From Candidatus Doudnabacteria bacterium (GTDB lineage Bacteria; Patescibacteriota; Doudnabacteria; UBA920): a DNA stretch of 64,000 bases. The stretch spans positions 29,210 to 93,209 of the forward strand of contig PLYC01000013.1 in the NCBI GenBank assembly GCA_003151625.1. Reading direction: 5' to 3'. Positions 9,206 to 19,735 of the stretch are shown here, in pieces (the stretch's first letter is position 1; every line of letters starts with the position of its first letter). A program made the position numbers and the translations under genes. The notes under the pieces were generated by a model. That model was given only the letters and a program-made list of their open reading frames with translations. It had not been told where the DNA came from and ran no database searches.

Positions 9206-10462
9206 TTATTCATACCTCAAAGCTTCTATCGGGTTTAATTTTGACGCCCTGACAGCGGGATAATAGCCGAATAAAATACCAATCCCGGCCGAAACTCCAA
9301 AAGCAAGAAGAATAGAATTTACCGAAACCTGCGTGGTAATTGCAAAAAATCTGGTAACCCCCCATGAAACCAGCCAGCCCAGCATGATGCCAATTATCCC
9401 TCCCAGTACGGTCAAGACAACAGCCTCGGCCAAAAATTGCGTGGTAATATCTGTCCTTTGCGCGCCAATGGCTTTGCGGAGCCCGATTTCGCGCGTGCGT
9501 TCGGTTACTGTGGTAAGCATCATGTTCATAATCCCAATCCCGCCAACAACCAAAGAAATTCCGGCGACTGCGGCAAGAAGCGCGGTAAAGGTGCCGGTGA
9601 CAGAGGAAGCGGTGGAAGCGATGTCTGCCTGATTGATAATATTAAAATCGGCTTTGGTGGGATCGGTTATTTTGTGGCGTGCCAACAAAGCGTTGGTAAC
9701 TTCCGTTGTTACCGTGTCCATAACGCCTTGGCTGGCTGCTTCAATGGAAATGCTGCCGACATAAACGCTCCCTGTTATAAATTGTTGCGCCGTGGAAAGT
9801 GGAATGTAAATATTGTTGTCGGTGTTGCCAAACCCGCTTCCGCCTTTGCTGGCGGTAATCCCGATAATCGTAAATGGCAGGCCGTTAATCCTAATGTTTT
9901 GCCCAATAACGGTACTGGTAGCAGTGCCGTTAAATAAATCCCCCTGCACAGTAGGGCCGATTACCGCGACTTTGGCAAAGCCGGAAACCTGGGAATCGGT
10001 AAACCACAAGCCCTGGTCAACGCTCATATTGTGGACTTCCGGGTAAGCCGAGACGGCGCCAATGACGCTGGTGTTGGTGTTACTGGTGCTGGAAACAATT
10101 TGCTCGCGGTTGGTTGATTCCGGAGAAACCGCCTTTACTCCGGAAAGGGAAGTTAAGGAGGTCGCATCGTCTTTGGTTAAGGTTTGGGCATTGCCCCTTC
10201 CGGCATTAACAGTTGAGCCAAAAGTTCTGGGCGCTCCGGGCTGTACGGTTAACAAGTTGGCTCCCAGCGATGAAATACGGGCTTCTATGGAGCTTTGAGC
10301 GCCTGTACCAATGGCAACCATGGCAATAACCGAGGCAATACCAATAATAATTCCGAGCATGGTTAAGCCGGATCTGGTTTTGTTGGAAGAAACAGCGGAA
10401 AAAGTTTCCTCAATTAAATCCACTACTTTTATGGTTGTTTTTGGTATGGATGTTTCAGCCAT
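9206..10462 (-). CDS. MacB-like ABC permease
   Basis: LTMLGIIIGIASV, GGIGIMNMML.TVTERTREIGLRKAIGA, PIEALRYE. Confidence 0.93.
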   Translation of the reverse strand: MAETSIPKTTIKVVDLIEETFSAVSSNKTRSGLTMLGIIIGIASVIAMVAIGTGAQSSIEARISSLGANLLTVQPGAPRTFGSTVNAGRGNAQTLTKDDATSLTSLSGVKAVSPESTNREQIVSSTSNTNTSVIGAVSAYPEVHNMSVDQGLWFTDSQVSGFAKVAVIGPTVQGDLFNGTATSTVIGQNIRINGLPFTIIGITASKGGSGFGNTDNNIYIPLSTAQQFITGSVYVGSISIEAASQGVMDTVTTEVTNALLARHKITDPTKADFNIINQADIASTASSVTGTFTALLAAVAGISLVVGGIGIMNMMLTTVTERTREIGLRKAIGAQRTDITTQFLAEAVVLTVLGGIIGIMLGWLVSWGVTRFFAITTQVSVNSILLAFGVSAGIGILFGYYPAVRASKLNPIEALRYE

Positions 10463-10473
10463 AGGATAAAAAG

Positions 10474-11154
10474 TTATTTTATCTTCTCGTCTTTTATTAT
10501 TTCCCCGTCTTTAATATGGATAATGCGTCTGGCATGCTTGGCCACGTCTTCTTCGTGGGTAATTAATATAATTGTGTGGCCCTGCTCGTTTAGTTTTTCA
10601 AAAGTTTGAAGGACAATTTCCCCGGTTTTGGTGTCCAAATTTCCGGTTGGCTCGTCGGCCAGCAAGAGACTCGGGTTATTGACCAGCGCCCTGGCAATAG
10701 CCACGCGCTGCATTTGTCCGCCGGACAGCTGGTTGGAAAGATGGTTGAATCTGGCTTCGTCAAAACCGGCTTGGATTAATGCTTTTTTTGCAATTTTTTC
10801 CCGTTCTTGTTTTGGCACGCCGGCGTAAACCAAAGGCAGGGCAACATTGCGGACTACGGTGGCGCGGGGCAATAAATTAAATGCCTGGAACACAAAGCCG
10901 ACTTTTTCTTTGCGAATGTCCGCCAGCTCGTGATCGCCTAGCTTGGAAACATCTTTACCGTCTAGAAAATAAGTGCCGCTGGTTGGGGTGTCCAGCGCCC
11001 CTAAAATATGCATTAGGGTGGACTTCCCGCTGCCGGAAGGCCCCATAATGGCAACATATTCGCCGTCATTTATTGTAAAGGTGAGCCCTTTAAGCACCTG
11101 GGTTGTTTCGTCCCCGGTTTTGTATTCTTTTTTTATATCTTTACATTCAATCAT
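10474..11154 (-). CDS. ABC ATP-binding protein (LolD/MacB type)
   Basis: [22 protein letters not shown]. Confidence 0.95.
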   Translation of the reverse strand: MIECKDIKKEYKTGDETTQVLKGLTFTINDGEYVAIMGPSGSGKSTLMHILGALDTPTSGTYFLDGKDVSKLGDHELADIRKEKVGFVFQAFNLLPRATVVRNVALPLVYAGVPKQEREKIAKKALIQAGFDEARFNHLSNQLSGGQMQRVAIARALVNNPSLLLADEPTGNLDTKTGEIVLQTFEKLNEQGHTIILITHEEDVAKHARRIIHIKDGEIIKDEKIK

Positions 11155-12831
11155 TTAGTTACCCCCCGGCGCGCGGAACCCGGCGGCGCCGCCTCCGCCT
11201 GCGCCAAGGGTTTGCAAAACCGACCTGGATGCGGCCGGAGTGGCGCTGGTTTTGCTTGCCGATCCGGTAATGGTTTGGGTTACCACTTCATCCCCTGCCG
11301 CAATTCCGGTGCCGGAAATTTCCGTGTTGGTATCGTTAGAGAGGCCGACTGTTACGGTGACTTGCGAAATCGCGCCATTTTTTAAAATTTCCACATAGCT
11401 AGACCCGTTGCTCGTGTGTACGGCCGCTATGGGTACGGTTAAAATATCCTGGCTGGATGCGGTAATAACGCTGGCCGTTACGCTCATGCCGGGTTTTATG
11501 GTGGGGTCTTGGGTATCGAGCACAATTTTTACGGTAAAATTAACCACGTTTTGCGAAACAGTGCCGATGTTGTCCACATCCGCCACGGTTCCGGTAAGAG
11601 TTAAATCCGGCACAGCCGAAAAAGTCAGAGTGGCTTTTTGGCCGACTTTAACTTTGGCCGCGTCGACTTCGTTTAAAGAAATTTTGGCAACCTGCTGTTT
11701 GGTAATAACCGTCGCAATTACGGTGCCGGCGGTAACTTTGTCGCCGGCTGAAAACAGGACAGATGCAATAACACCGTCAAACGGGGCCTTTAAAATAGTG
11801 CTGTCGTAGGCGGTTTGGGCGTTTTGCAACTGGGCCTGGGCCGAGGTAATTTGGGCCTTGGCCGAAGCAATATCCGAGGCGGTTGGCGGCTCAACGGTAG
11901 TGGCCAGCGAGAGGTTGGCCTTGTCCAATGCGTTTTGCGCGGAGGTAATTTGGTCTTGGGCGCTTTGCAACGATTGCTGCTGGTTTAAAACCGCCGTATT
12001 ATACGCATCCAAATTATTTAAATAACCGCTCGATTTAATATTGGGAACATTTACGGTCCAAGTGGTGCCGGTGTTTATGGTGCCGGTGCTTGAAAAGGTA
12101 ACATACAGGCTGTTGCCGATTGGCTGGGCAAGGCCTTTGTTAATAACGCCGCCGCCGGAGCCAAGGCCTGAAACACTGTAGCTCATGCCGCTTCCTGTTT
12201 GGTACAGGCTAATGGTATAAGAGCCTTTGTCGGTACCGGTATAATTTCCGGTAACCGTTACCGCAGCCGTGCTGTTGTTGTCGCTGGGGTCTGCCGAGAG
12301 GCCGGAGTTTAACAGGTTTGAGTAGGATTTATCTACCGCCTGCTGCTGCTGGGTTTTAGTGTCTTTAAGGTTTTGGTTGGCCTGATCCAGCTGGGCTTGG
12401 GCCGATGCAATGGAGAGCTTTTGGCTTTGGATGCTCAGGTCGGTGGCGCCGGACATTAATTTGTCGTAGCTGGCCTGGGCCTGTTCCAAATTACCCCGAG
12501 CCTGCGCCACGCTGTTGGCGGCCGATTGCTGGTCGATAATTGCTAAAACATCGCCGGATTTGACCTGCTGGTTTTCTTTTATGTTTAGCGAAGTAATTCT
12601 ACCGTCGGTTTGCGGCTTAATGTCCATTTGGTCCGAGGCTTCAACCTGGCCGGTGCCGGAAACAGAAGTGGTAATAGTCCCTTGGGTTACAGCTGATGTT
12701 ACATATTGGGTGGCGGTGGCTCCGGGTTGGGTTTTTTTGTATATAAAATAACCCCCAATTAAAACAACAATAATAATTAAAGTGTAAAACCTTTTTTTAT
12801 TCGTGTATAAAGATTTAAAAAATTCTTTCAT
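11155..12831 (-). CDS. MacA-like periplasmic adaptor subunit
   Basis: N-terminal TM, lipoyl halves, long coiled coil, LKAPFDG, IKPGMS. Confidence 0.88.
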   Translation of the reverse strand: MKEFFKSLYTNKKRFYTLIIIVVLIGGYFIYKKTQPGATATQYVTSAVTQGTITTSVSGTGQVEASDQMDIKPQTDGRITSLNIKENQQVKSGDVLAIIDQQSAANSVAQARGNLEQAQASYDKLMSGATDLSIQSQKLSIASAQAQLDQANQNLKDTKTQQQQAVDKSYSNLLNSGLSADPSDNNSTAAVTVTGNYTGTDKGSYTISLYQTGSGMSYSVSGLGSGGGVINKGLAQPIGNSLYVTFSSTGTINTGTTWTVNVPNIKSSGYLNNLDAYNTAVLNQQQSLQSAQDQITSAQNALDKANLSLATTVEPPTASDIASAKAQITSAQAQLQNAQTAYDSTILKAPFDGVIASVLFSAGDKVTAGTVIATVITKQQVAKISLNEVDAAKVKVGQKATLTFSAVPDLTLTGTVADVDNIGTVSQNVVNFTVKIVLDTQDPTIKPGMSVTASVITASSQDILTVPIAAVHTSNGSSYVEILKNGAISQVTVTVGLSNDTNTEISGTGIAAGDEVVTQTITGSASKTSATPAASRSVLQTLGAGGGGAAGFRAPGGN

Positions 12832-12857
12832 AGTTTTTTTGGCGTTTAATTAAAAAG

Positions 12858-13370
12858 CTATTTTTGTTCTAAAACCCTGATTAATTTTGCTTCAATTTGT
12901 CCCTGAGGGTTGGGCTCGCCAATAACTACAGTTTCCTCGCCGGTCTTTATATCGGCCGGCTGCAAATTTTGAAAATTTAATCGGATCACGGTACTTGGAG
13001 AAATTAAAACTATTTTTTCCGTGTTGTCCTCATCTTTAATAACCAAAGTATTTTTATCAATGCTTAAAACAGTTCCATCCAAATCATGAGGATTAAAAAA
13101 TGCTCCGCTTGGCGGCGGTTGTATTAAAGTTCTTCTCTCGCCAAAATTATTAATGTAATTTTGCGTCCAGGCGGAAGTAAAATTAGCCTTTTTGAAACCG
13201 ATTTTAATGCCCAACGAAAAAACCCCGACTAAAAGAATTAGTTCAACCAAAAAAACAACCACAAATTTAAATATTCTGGAATGTGGGATTTTGGGGAATT
13301 CCACATTTATGCCAGAATTTGCTGGTTTTTCACTGACTTGGCTTTTTTCCGTTCCGTTGGAGTTTTCCAT
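12858..13370 (-). CDS. Membrane-anchored DUF5666-like protein
   Basis: Single TM plus VIGEPNPQGQIEAKLIRV OB-like C-terminus. Confidence 0.6.
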   Translation of the reverse strand: MENSNGTEKSQVSEKPANSGINVEFPKIPHSRIFKFVVVFLVELILLVGVFSLGIKIGFKKANFTSAWTQNYINNFGERRTLIQPPPSGAFFNPHDLDGTVLSIDKNTLVIKDEDNTEKIVLISPSTVIRLNFQNLQPADIKTGEETVVIGEPNPQGQIEAKLIRVLEQK

Positions 13371-13424
13371 ATAAGTGATAAGTGGCTTGGTTAAATTTAA
13401 TTCAATGGTTATTTCTAATTGTTA

Positions 13425-13898
13425 TTACAACTGAGACCCATAATGAATTGCGTGCAGTGCTTTACGAAAATTTAAAAGACGGTGAGTGGCAAAGTCTACT
13501 AGCAAAATACTGCCCAGTAAACAGGATAACAGCAGCGCTAAGGCACCCAAAGGCAGACTTTCCAAAATTCCCAAAGAGTAATCCTGCCAATTTGCCATTA
13601 TTAAACCAAAATCGGTAAACATTAAAGAAAAATAGTGTGAAGTGGGAGTCTGAACAAAAGTCATAAAGGAGACATCAAGGGCGAGAGCCAGCAAACCCAA
13701 GCCTGCCAAAAAAATCCCAACTGCCGTCCAAAGTTTGGGTTTTAAAATTTTAAGTTCACGTTCATAATTTAAGCGGTTTAGGATTTTATTTAAAAGGTAA
13801 TTGTTAAAATCCGGCAATTTATTTTGCTCATAATGCCTTTTTATCGCTTGTTCTAAGGCAACGTGGTCGGATTTTGCAAGATTTGGTTCAGTAATCAT
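13425..13898 (-). CDS. Putative membrane anti-sigma factor
   Basis: Directly downstream of ECF sigma; two TM segments. Confidence 0.55.
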   Translation of the reverse strand: MITEPNLAKSDHVALEQAIKRHYEQNKLPDFNNYLLNKILNRLNYERELKILKPKLWTAVGIFLAGLGLLALALDVSFMTFVQTPTSHYFSLMFTDFGLIMANWQDYSLGILESLPLGALALLLSCLLGSILLVDFATHRLLNFRKALHAIHYGSQL

Positions 13899-13956
13899 GG
13901 GCGTTGTTAGTTGTTAATTATACGAGATATCCAGCTTTTTGGTGCAAATTCTTGCT

Positions 13957-14520
13957 TTAATTACCCTCAAAACCTCCCCTTATTATAAGTAAAGCCCGCC
14001 TGTAGCGGCTTTTAATAGTGTTTATAGATTCATTCAATACGTCCGAAATTTCCTGAAAAGTTAAATCGTGTTGGAGGTGCAGGACCACAACCGTCTCATA
14101 AATTTTCGGCAAACTGCCAATTGCCGTTTCTAATTTTTTGGAAAACTCCGCAGCCAAAAATAACTCATCCGGCAGTGGGGCGTTATCGGTCATTCGCTCC
14201 AGGTTTTCCGCCATTTGCTGTTCATCGAGAGAGTCCGGCGCCACAAAATTTTTGTGTTTCCTTAAAAAGTCGATGCAGGTATTTTTTGTGATTTGGAATA
14301 CCCAGGTCTTAAATTTTTTGTCGTGATCAAATTTTTTTAAATTTTTCCAGGCTTTGACAAAAACTTCCTGGGCAATATCTTCCGCTTCGGCGTCATTTTT
14401 TACGTAAGTCTTTGCAAAAAAGAACACCTGCTTAAAATAGCGCTTGATCAAGGCATCCAGCGCCCCTTCATTTTTATTAAAATATTGCTTAATTAGCTCT
14501 GAATCGGAAAATTCATCCAT
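13957..14520 (-). CDS. ECF RNA polymerase sigma factor
   Basis: AEDIAQEVFVKAW, FKTWVFQI, region-4 HTH TIKSRYRRA. Confidence 0.93.
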   Translation of the reverse strand: MDEFSDSELIKQYFNKNEGALDALIKRYFKQVFFFAKTYVKNDAEAEDIAQEVFVKAWKNLKKFDHDKKFKTWVFQITKNTCIDFLRKHKNFVAPDSLDEQQMAENLERMTDNAPLPDELFLAAEFSKKLETAIGSLPKIYETVVVLHLQHDLTFQEISDVLNESINTIKSRYRRALLIIRGGFEGN

Positions 14521-14564
14521 ACTGCTAACTATATCATCAAATTAGGCTCTGTTTCAACAGATGC

Positions 14565-14765
14565 TCAGACTGTCTTAATAATATTTTGCACTCTCCCCAC
14601 TTCCCCGCTTTTTAGACGGACTTTGATGCCGTGGGGGTGGAATGGAGAATTGGTTAGAATATCGCGCACTATTCCTGGGGTCAGTTTGCCGCTCCCTTGG
14701 TCTTGCTTAAGCACAATATCAACCTTTTGCCCGACGGTTATGTCTTGTCTATTTTGTGGATTCAT
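14565..14765 (-). CDS. YwbE family protein
   Basis: VLKQDQ..GKLT.G.V.DILT.S..HPHGIKVRL. Confidence 0.9.
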   Translation of the reverse strand: MNPQNRQDITVGQKVDIVLKQDQGSGKLTPGIVRDILTNSPFHPHGIKVRLKSGEVGRVQNIIKTV

Positions 14766-15472
14766 CGCAATGTTTTTTGGAGAGCCTGTTTAATTTTAAA
14801 TAGATCCTGCCCCTGTTGTGAATTGGGAAAATGGTCAAAAAGTCCGAGTAAAAAATCTTTGCCAACAATATAGACATTCTCAATTGGTTCATAGCCAAAA
14901 TGCATGCTGGCAAACGGGCTCGAAAATACCAGAGCCGAATGGATGTGTATGTCTGCGCCGGTTTGCTGTTTGAGGAAATTTTTTAATGCCCAAGTCTGGC
15001 CATGAACCTGGCGCAGGAAACTTTTGTCCGTAAAAGACCGCCCATTTAAGGTTAGCTCGTAGCCGTTATAACCAATTTCGCCTTTGTGGCTTTTGACTTC
15101 AATGATAAAAAGCCCCGGCGGTCCCAGTACCACAAAATCCAAGTTGCCCTTCCCCTCTCCTATGGTTACGTCCTGGAATACGCTAAAACTATCCGCTAAT
15201 TTTTTTAGCTCATTTTTTATTAATTGTTCGCCGCCGGAACCACGGTAGTATTGGTTCGACTTGCGCCTAAAAAAATTTAAAAACGGGTCCGCAAGAAAAA
15301 TTACAAACACGATGCCAATAAGGGCTACAATGCTTATTGTCCCCTGCGGCAGGAATTTCATGGCAACCCAAACAAACAGAACAACGGCCAATAGTAATAA
15401 AATGCTAAAAGAAAAATATTTAAATTCTTTTTTTATAAGATAACCACTGTTTTTTCCGTAAAATTGAGCCAT
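14762..15472 (-). CDS. Membrane-anchored NERD nuclease-domain protein
   Basis: Two TM, GGEQ, NLDFVVLGPPGLFIIEVK. Confidence 0.85.
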   Translation of the reverse strand: MAQFYGKNSGYLIKKEFKYFSFSILLLLAVVLFVWVAMKFLPQGTISIVALIGIVFVIFLADPFLNFFRRKSNQYYRGSGGEQLIKNELKKLADSFSVFQDVTIGEGKGNLDFVVLGPPGLFIIEVKSHKGEIGYNGYELTLNGRSFTDKSFLRQVHGQTWALKNFLKQQTGADIHIHSALVFSSPFASMHFGYEPIENVYIVGKDFLLGLFDHFPNSQQGQDLFKIKQALQKTLR

Positions 15473-15486
15473 GCGTCTGCAATAAA

Positions 15487-16083
15487 TTATTTTAAAATTT
15501 CATTTGCTAATTCGTTTACGCCAATTTTCTTTTCTGCTGAATAGGGAATTATTTTGTAATTGCCAATAGCATTTTGAATTTCCTTGAGTTGTTTTATGTA
15601 CGATGATTTTTTTATTTTGTCTATTTTATTGGCAACTATTACGACATCTTTATTTGCTTCGGTTAGGCTGTGGAGCATTTGCATATCGTTATTGGTGGGT
15701 CCCAGTTCGGCGTCTATTATTAGCACAACTTTTTTTTGCTGGTATTGCGAATCAAGTAAATACCAAAATATTAAGGACTGGATTTTTGCCTGGTCTTCCT
15801 TGGATCCTTTGGCAAAACCGTAGCCCGGTAAATCCACCAAATAAAAAGTGTTGCCGCCGGTAAAGTTTCCGCCTTTGGCGGAAATTAAAAAAACGTTTAT
15901 TTGCTGGGTGCGTCCGGGAAATGAGCTGGTTTTTGCCAGATCTTTTTTGTTAGTCAGGGTGTTTATGACGCTGGATTTGCCTACATTGGAGCGGCCAATA
16001 AATGCGATTTGCGGAATGCCGTCTTCCAAAATTTCGTCCGGTTCCACCACACCCTTAATAAATTTTGCTGATGTTATGTTCAT
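15487..16083 (-). CDS. engB: Ribosome biogenesis GTPase EngB/YihA
   Basis: GRSNVGKSS, PGRTQ, DLPGYG, NKID. Confidence 0.95.
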   Translation of the reverse strand: MNITSAKFIKGVVEPDEILEDGIPQIAFIGRSNVGKSSVINTLTNKKDLAKTSSFPGRTQQINVFLISAKGGNFTGGNTFYLVDLPGYGFAKGSKEDQAKIQSLIFWYLLDSQYQQKKVVLIIDAELGPTNNDMQMLHSLTEANKDVVIVANKIDKIKKSSYIKQLKEIQNAIGNYKIIPYSAEKKIGVNELANEILK

Positions 16084-16133
16084 ACAATGTATAATAGCAA
16101 AAAACGAACCTTTTGTCCGTTGTTATTGCCTAA

Positions 16134-16244
16134 TTATTAGCGACGTAGAGCGAGTGAAAGTTATCCGCCTAAGACGAATAACTTTCCGAGCCGAGAAGCT
16201 AATACAGGTTCAATACCTCGGAGTTCTGCTCCGAGGAACCTTTA
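16134..16244 (-). repeat. Structured ~100 bp dispersed element, copy A
   Basis: Homologous to 31421-31518 and 36174-36279; abuts a stop codon. Confidence 0.85.
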
Positions 16245-16565
16245 TTTTTTAGGTTTTGGTAGCGGCAACGCCGCAACGGTTATAGAAATTAACTCCGCTA
16301 AAAATTGGCGGTCGTCAAACAAGTCCCCGCTTATGTACATGGAAGCTTTGGCCCCTTTGTAGGCAAAGCCCTCTTTATATTTTTTACCCACGAATTTTTT
16401 TCCAGGTCCTGTAATTTTTACAAACAGCTCGTCGTCGCAAACCAAACCCACAACCTTGCCCTGGCAATATAAAGCGTACTCGCCAAACATTTTTCTGGCG
16501 CTGACATTTGTCACTTCCGATAATTGGTCCAGCAGGTAATCTATTGTGGATTGTTTTGTTGCCAT
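16242..16565 (-). CDS. TfoX/Sxy N-terminal domain protein
   Basis: RKMFGEYALY..GKVVGLVCDDELFVK. Confidence 0.9.
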   Translation of the reverse strand: MATKQSTIDYLLDQLSEVTNVSARKMFGEYALYCQGKVVGLVCDDELFVKITGPGKKFVGKKYKEGFAYKGAKASMYISGDLFDDRQFLAELISITVAALPLPKPKK

Positions 16566-16569
16566 TGGG

Positions 16570-17046
16570 CTACTTGTTTAATTGCCAAATGGAATAATTA
16601 AGTAAAGATGCAAAACTGACCCAGGTAATATATGGCATCATTAACCAGCCGGCCAGGGGTACGGCCATAAAAAAAGATACTACGGATAAAACAATAAAGA
16701 CCCACATAAGGACAATTTCAAAAAATGCCCAACCCAGTTTTTTGGCGCCAAAGAACAACGGAGTCCAAATGGCATTTAAAATTAACTGGATAAGAAAAAA
16801 TATTAAACCAATTTTTGCCAAAGGCCGCTGCTGGTTTTGATAAACAAGGTAAGCGGATAAACCCATAAGGGCGTAAAGAAACGTCCACACAGGTCCGAAT
16901 ATCCAGTTTGGAGGGCGGAAGGAAGGTTGGCGCAATTTTTCGTACCAGGTTGGAATGGCCTTAGCCGTAAAAAACGATCCGGCAATGCCAACTGCTTCGC
17001 AAATAATAATAAATAAAATCAATTGGGGCCAAGAAGATATGCTCAT
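16570..17046 (-). CDS. tspO: TspO/MBR sensory protein
   Basis: WY..L..P..PPNWIFGPVWT.LY, LNAIWTPLFFG, PY..W..FA. Confidence 0.93.
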   Translation of the reverse strand: MSISSWPQLILFIIICEAVGIAGSFFTAKAIPTWYEKLRQPSFRPPNWIFGPVWTFLYALMGLSAYLVYQNQQRPLAKIGLIFFLIQLILNAIWTPLFFGAKKLGWAFFEIVLMWVFIVLSVVSFFMAVPLAGWLMMPYITWVSFASLLNYSIWQLNK

Positions 17047-17155
17047 AAGAATGGTTTAATTGTTACTTATAATTATACACTAAAAAAGCCATTCGCAAAT
17101 TGCGAATGACTTCAGGGCAGTCCCGATTGACTGCCCTTTGCAGATTGTTCCCGTT

Positions 17156-17575
17156 TTATTCCTTGGCGTTCTTGAAATCCTCCCCGGCCATGACTAGAGT
17201 GCGACAGGTTTCCCGTTCTTGTAAATCGCGGGAATGGATCAGATTGTATCCGCCCGCTTTTAGAACCTCCAGCCATAGCTCGTCCGATGGCCGCCGGTAG
17301 GCAACCACAACTTTGCTCTTTCCTGAAATCCGCAGGACGTCTTTCCAGGAGACTTCCCTTCCTATGTATCTCTCGGTCAAAATGACCGCGAACGGTATTT
17401 TGTTTGCCAGTTTCTTTTTGGCTTTCTCGAGCGTCTCCACAAAGACAAAGCCAAACCGCGTCCCTTCGAAGAATTTAAGTAGTAGACTGGGGTCGTCACA
17501 CCGATCATTCTTCCTGAGACCCACACACAGCACCTTCACCCTTTTTGCGGGGAGATTCAAATCTTTCAACGACAC
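17156..17575 (-). CDS. Degenerate receiver-domain-like protein (GC-rich orphan)
   Basis: AGGAGG SD; SWKDVL...DELWLEVLKAGGY resembles atypical response regulators. Confidence 0.45.
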   Translation of the reverse strand: MSLKDLNLPAKRVKVLCVGLRKNDRCDDPSLLLKFFEGTRFGFVFVETLEKAKKKLANKIPFAVILTERYIGREVSWKDVLRISGKSKVVVAYRRPSDELWLEVLKAGGYNLIHSRDLQERETCRTLVMAGEDFKNAKE

Positions 17576-17680
17576 TTTTTTACTTCCTCCTCTGTATTTG
17601 TGCTCACTCTTTTATCACATCAAAAAAAGTGGCAATATATATTACCACTTTTTTTGATTAGAGTCAATGCAAGTATTATC

Positions 17681-18478
17681 CTATTTTGTCACTGACGAAT
17701 CTTTTATCTGCACACCGACAACGGACACGCTTCCGGACAGATGTTTGCCCCAAACTCTTAAGGAGTCGCCGACATTATATTCGTTTAGCTGTATTGGTTT
17801 GCCATTTTTGCTTTGTAAGGTCGCGCCGGATAAATCGACTCCGTAAATTACATTGCCGTTGCCAATTACCGTAAAGTACGAACCGTTTTTAATGGAGAGC
17901 GTGCCGGTAAAATAAATGCTTATTAACCTATAAGCCCCGTTAACCGTCAAGGCGAAAATATTTGAGTTGCTCCTGTCCCACTGGCCTTTCACCGAGGCGG
18001 TCATCCCCAAAATTAAATCTTTAAAAGTCGCGCTGGAACCGTTTTTGGTAAACGAAGTAAAATTATTGGTATGAATGGTTTGGCTGCCGTAAGTTTTGCT
18101 ATCCATAACAAAACTTGAGTCTGTAGTATTGATTGAGGAAATTTTTCCGGAAAAAGTGCTGGTGTGAGCGTAAAGGGAAAGGTCCCGAATTGATGTGGCG
18201 CTTATGCTGTTGTCTCCCCACAAAGTTCCTTTTACTTCTATTTTATCGCCGGTTAAAATTTCCGAAAGTTGCATGGTCGCGCCGTTTTTGCGCAAAAGCT
18301 GAGCGTTGCCGGCATCGGCAGCATACTTGGCCGCGCTGGTGGCCGAAAACATTATTTGATTGCCAACCAAACCGGTTACCGTACCGGTTAAAGTTTTTGG
18401 AGCGGCTGCTAAGCTCGCCAAAGGCACTAAAAAACAGACGGCCGCGGCCGCTGCGAGCGCCAAACAGACTTTTTTCAT
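17681..18478 (-). CDS. Secreted protein with three DUF5666-like OB repeats
   Basis: Signal peptide MKKVCLAL, three repeated G-(T/K)-(V/I/L) ... G(D/M) ... V.G units. Confidence 0.7.
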   Translation of the reverse strand: MKKVCLALAAAAAVCFLVPLASLAAAPKTLTGTVTGLVGNQIMFSATSAAKYAADAGNAQLLRKNGATMQLSEILTGDKIEVKGTLWGDNSISATSIRDLSLYAHTSTFSGKISSINTTDSSFVMDSKTYGSQTIHTNNFTSFTKNGSSATFKDLILGMTASVKGQWDRSNSNIFALTVNGAYRLISIYFTGTLSIKNGSYFTVIGNGNVIYGVDLSGATLQSKNGKPIQLNEYNVGDSLRVWGKHLSGSVSVVGVQIKDSSVTK

Positions 18479-18681
18479 ATTTTTGTTTCCTTTGTGGTTT
18501 GTCAAAATAAACCCACAACTGACGTTCTCAAACCTTATTTGACGTTCACAAAATAATTATATCCATAGAGTATACCTTCGTTCACCATTTGTCAAATAGC
18601 CCTTGTGGATAAGTCTTAATTTACTGTAATTTTTTTGTTTTATGCTTTAGACCGGCCACAACCGGAAGAATAAAAATGGAT

Positions 18682-19395
18682 TTATATTCCCATAACTCCA
18701 AATAACTTTCCAATGCCATAAGTGATGGCCATAGCCAGCATGCCCCCGACCACCACGCGAATAGTGGCCTTGGTTTTGCTGGATCCCCCGGAGTGGGCGC
18801 TTAGCGTGCCGGTAATTATTAGCGCGATTAAAACACCAAAAAAAGTTATGGGTATTCTTAACGGCGCGGGGGCAATGAGTATCATAATTATTGGGATAAT
18901 AGCGCCGCTAAAAAACGCTGCGGTGGAGGCAAAAGTCGCATGCCATGGGTTAGTTAAATTGTGGAGGTCTATACCTAATTCGGCGTCGGCATGGGCAGTA
19001 ACCGGGCCATGAGCCATAAGCTCTTCGGCTACTTTGCGTGCTATTGGTTCCGATAAACCTTTGCCGCGATAAATTTCTGCCAGCTCCGCCATTTCGTGAA
19101 TGGGGTTGTTTTTTATCTCCTCACGTTCTTTGTCTATTAGCGCCTGTTCCGTGTCGAGTTGGGTACTGACCGAGACATATTCCCCAACTCCCATGCTAAG
19201 CGCTCCTGCTACAAGGCCGGCCACGCCGGCCGTTAAAATAAAACGGAGGGAGCTGGAAGCTCCGGCCACGCCCACGACAATAGAAGCCGTAGACACAATG
19301 CCATCGTTTGCACCCAGCACCGCCGCCCGTAGCCAATTTAATTTTTGTCTCGATTTTTGTGCCGATATATCCGATTGTTTTTTTGGATTTTCCAT
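18682..19395 (-). CDS. VIT1/CCC1 family Fe/Mn transporter
   Basis: LRAAVLGANDGIVS, AGALSMGVGEYVSV. Confidence 0.93.
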   Translation of the reverse strand: MENPKKQSDISAQKSRQKLNWLRAAVLGANDGIVSTASIVVGVAGASSSLRFILTAGVAGLVAGALSMGVGEYVSVSTQLDTEQALIDKEREEIKNNPIHEMAELAEIYRGKGLSEPIARKVAEELMAHGPVTAHADAELGIDLHNLTNPWHATFASTAAFFSGAIIPIIMILIAPAPLRIPITFFGVLIALIITGTLSAHSGGSSKTKATIRVVVGGMLAMAITYGIGKLFGVMGI

Positions 19396-19467
19396 ACAAT
19401 TAATTATAACACTAATCCCCAGATGGTACTCATTTGGGGACTGCAGGAGTCATTGTGATAAATTAAA

Positions 19468-19731
19468 TTATTTTAAATATACTTCAAGTGCCCCGTCTCC
19501 GCCGTTGTGGAGTTTGGCGACATCAAAATGGATATCCCGGTTTTTCAGGAAGTTGCTAACAAACGTTCTCATAACCGGACCGGTTTCGCGGAACGTCCCT
19601 TTGCCGGTTATTATTCGGACGTGCCGATACTCCCCCGCCTCAATAAGCTCGTCCAAAATTTCCCCGGCTTCCCGGGTAGTATAGCCGTGCAAATCCAATA
19701 TAAATTCTGGGATCCGTTCGTATTTGTTCAT
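19468..19731 (-). CDS. Smr/MutS2 domain protein
   Basis: LDLHG, IITGKG, GGDGA. Confidence 0.9.
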   Translation of the reverse strand: MNKYERIPEFILDLHGYTTREAGEILDELIEAGEYRHVRIITGKGTFRETGPVMRTFVSNFLKNRDIHFDVAKLHNGGDGALEVYLK

Positions 19732-19735
19732 AAGA

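Noticed and set aside
5954-12751. Many + strand ORFs overlapping the ATPase and ABC operon
   Set aside because: Antisense shadows of confidently identified genes.
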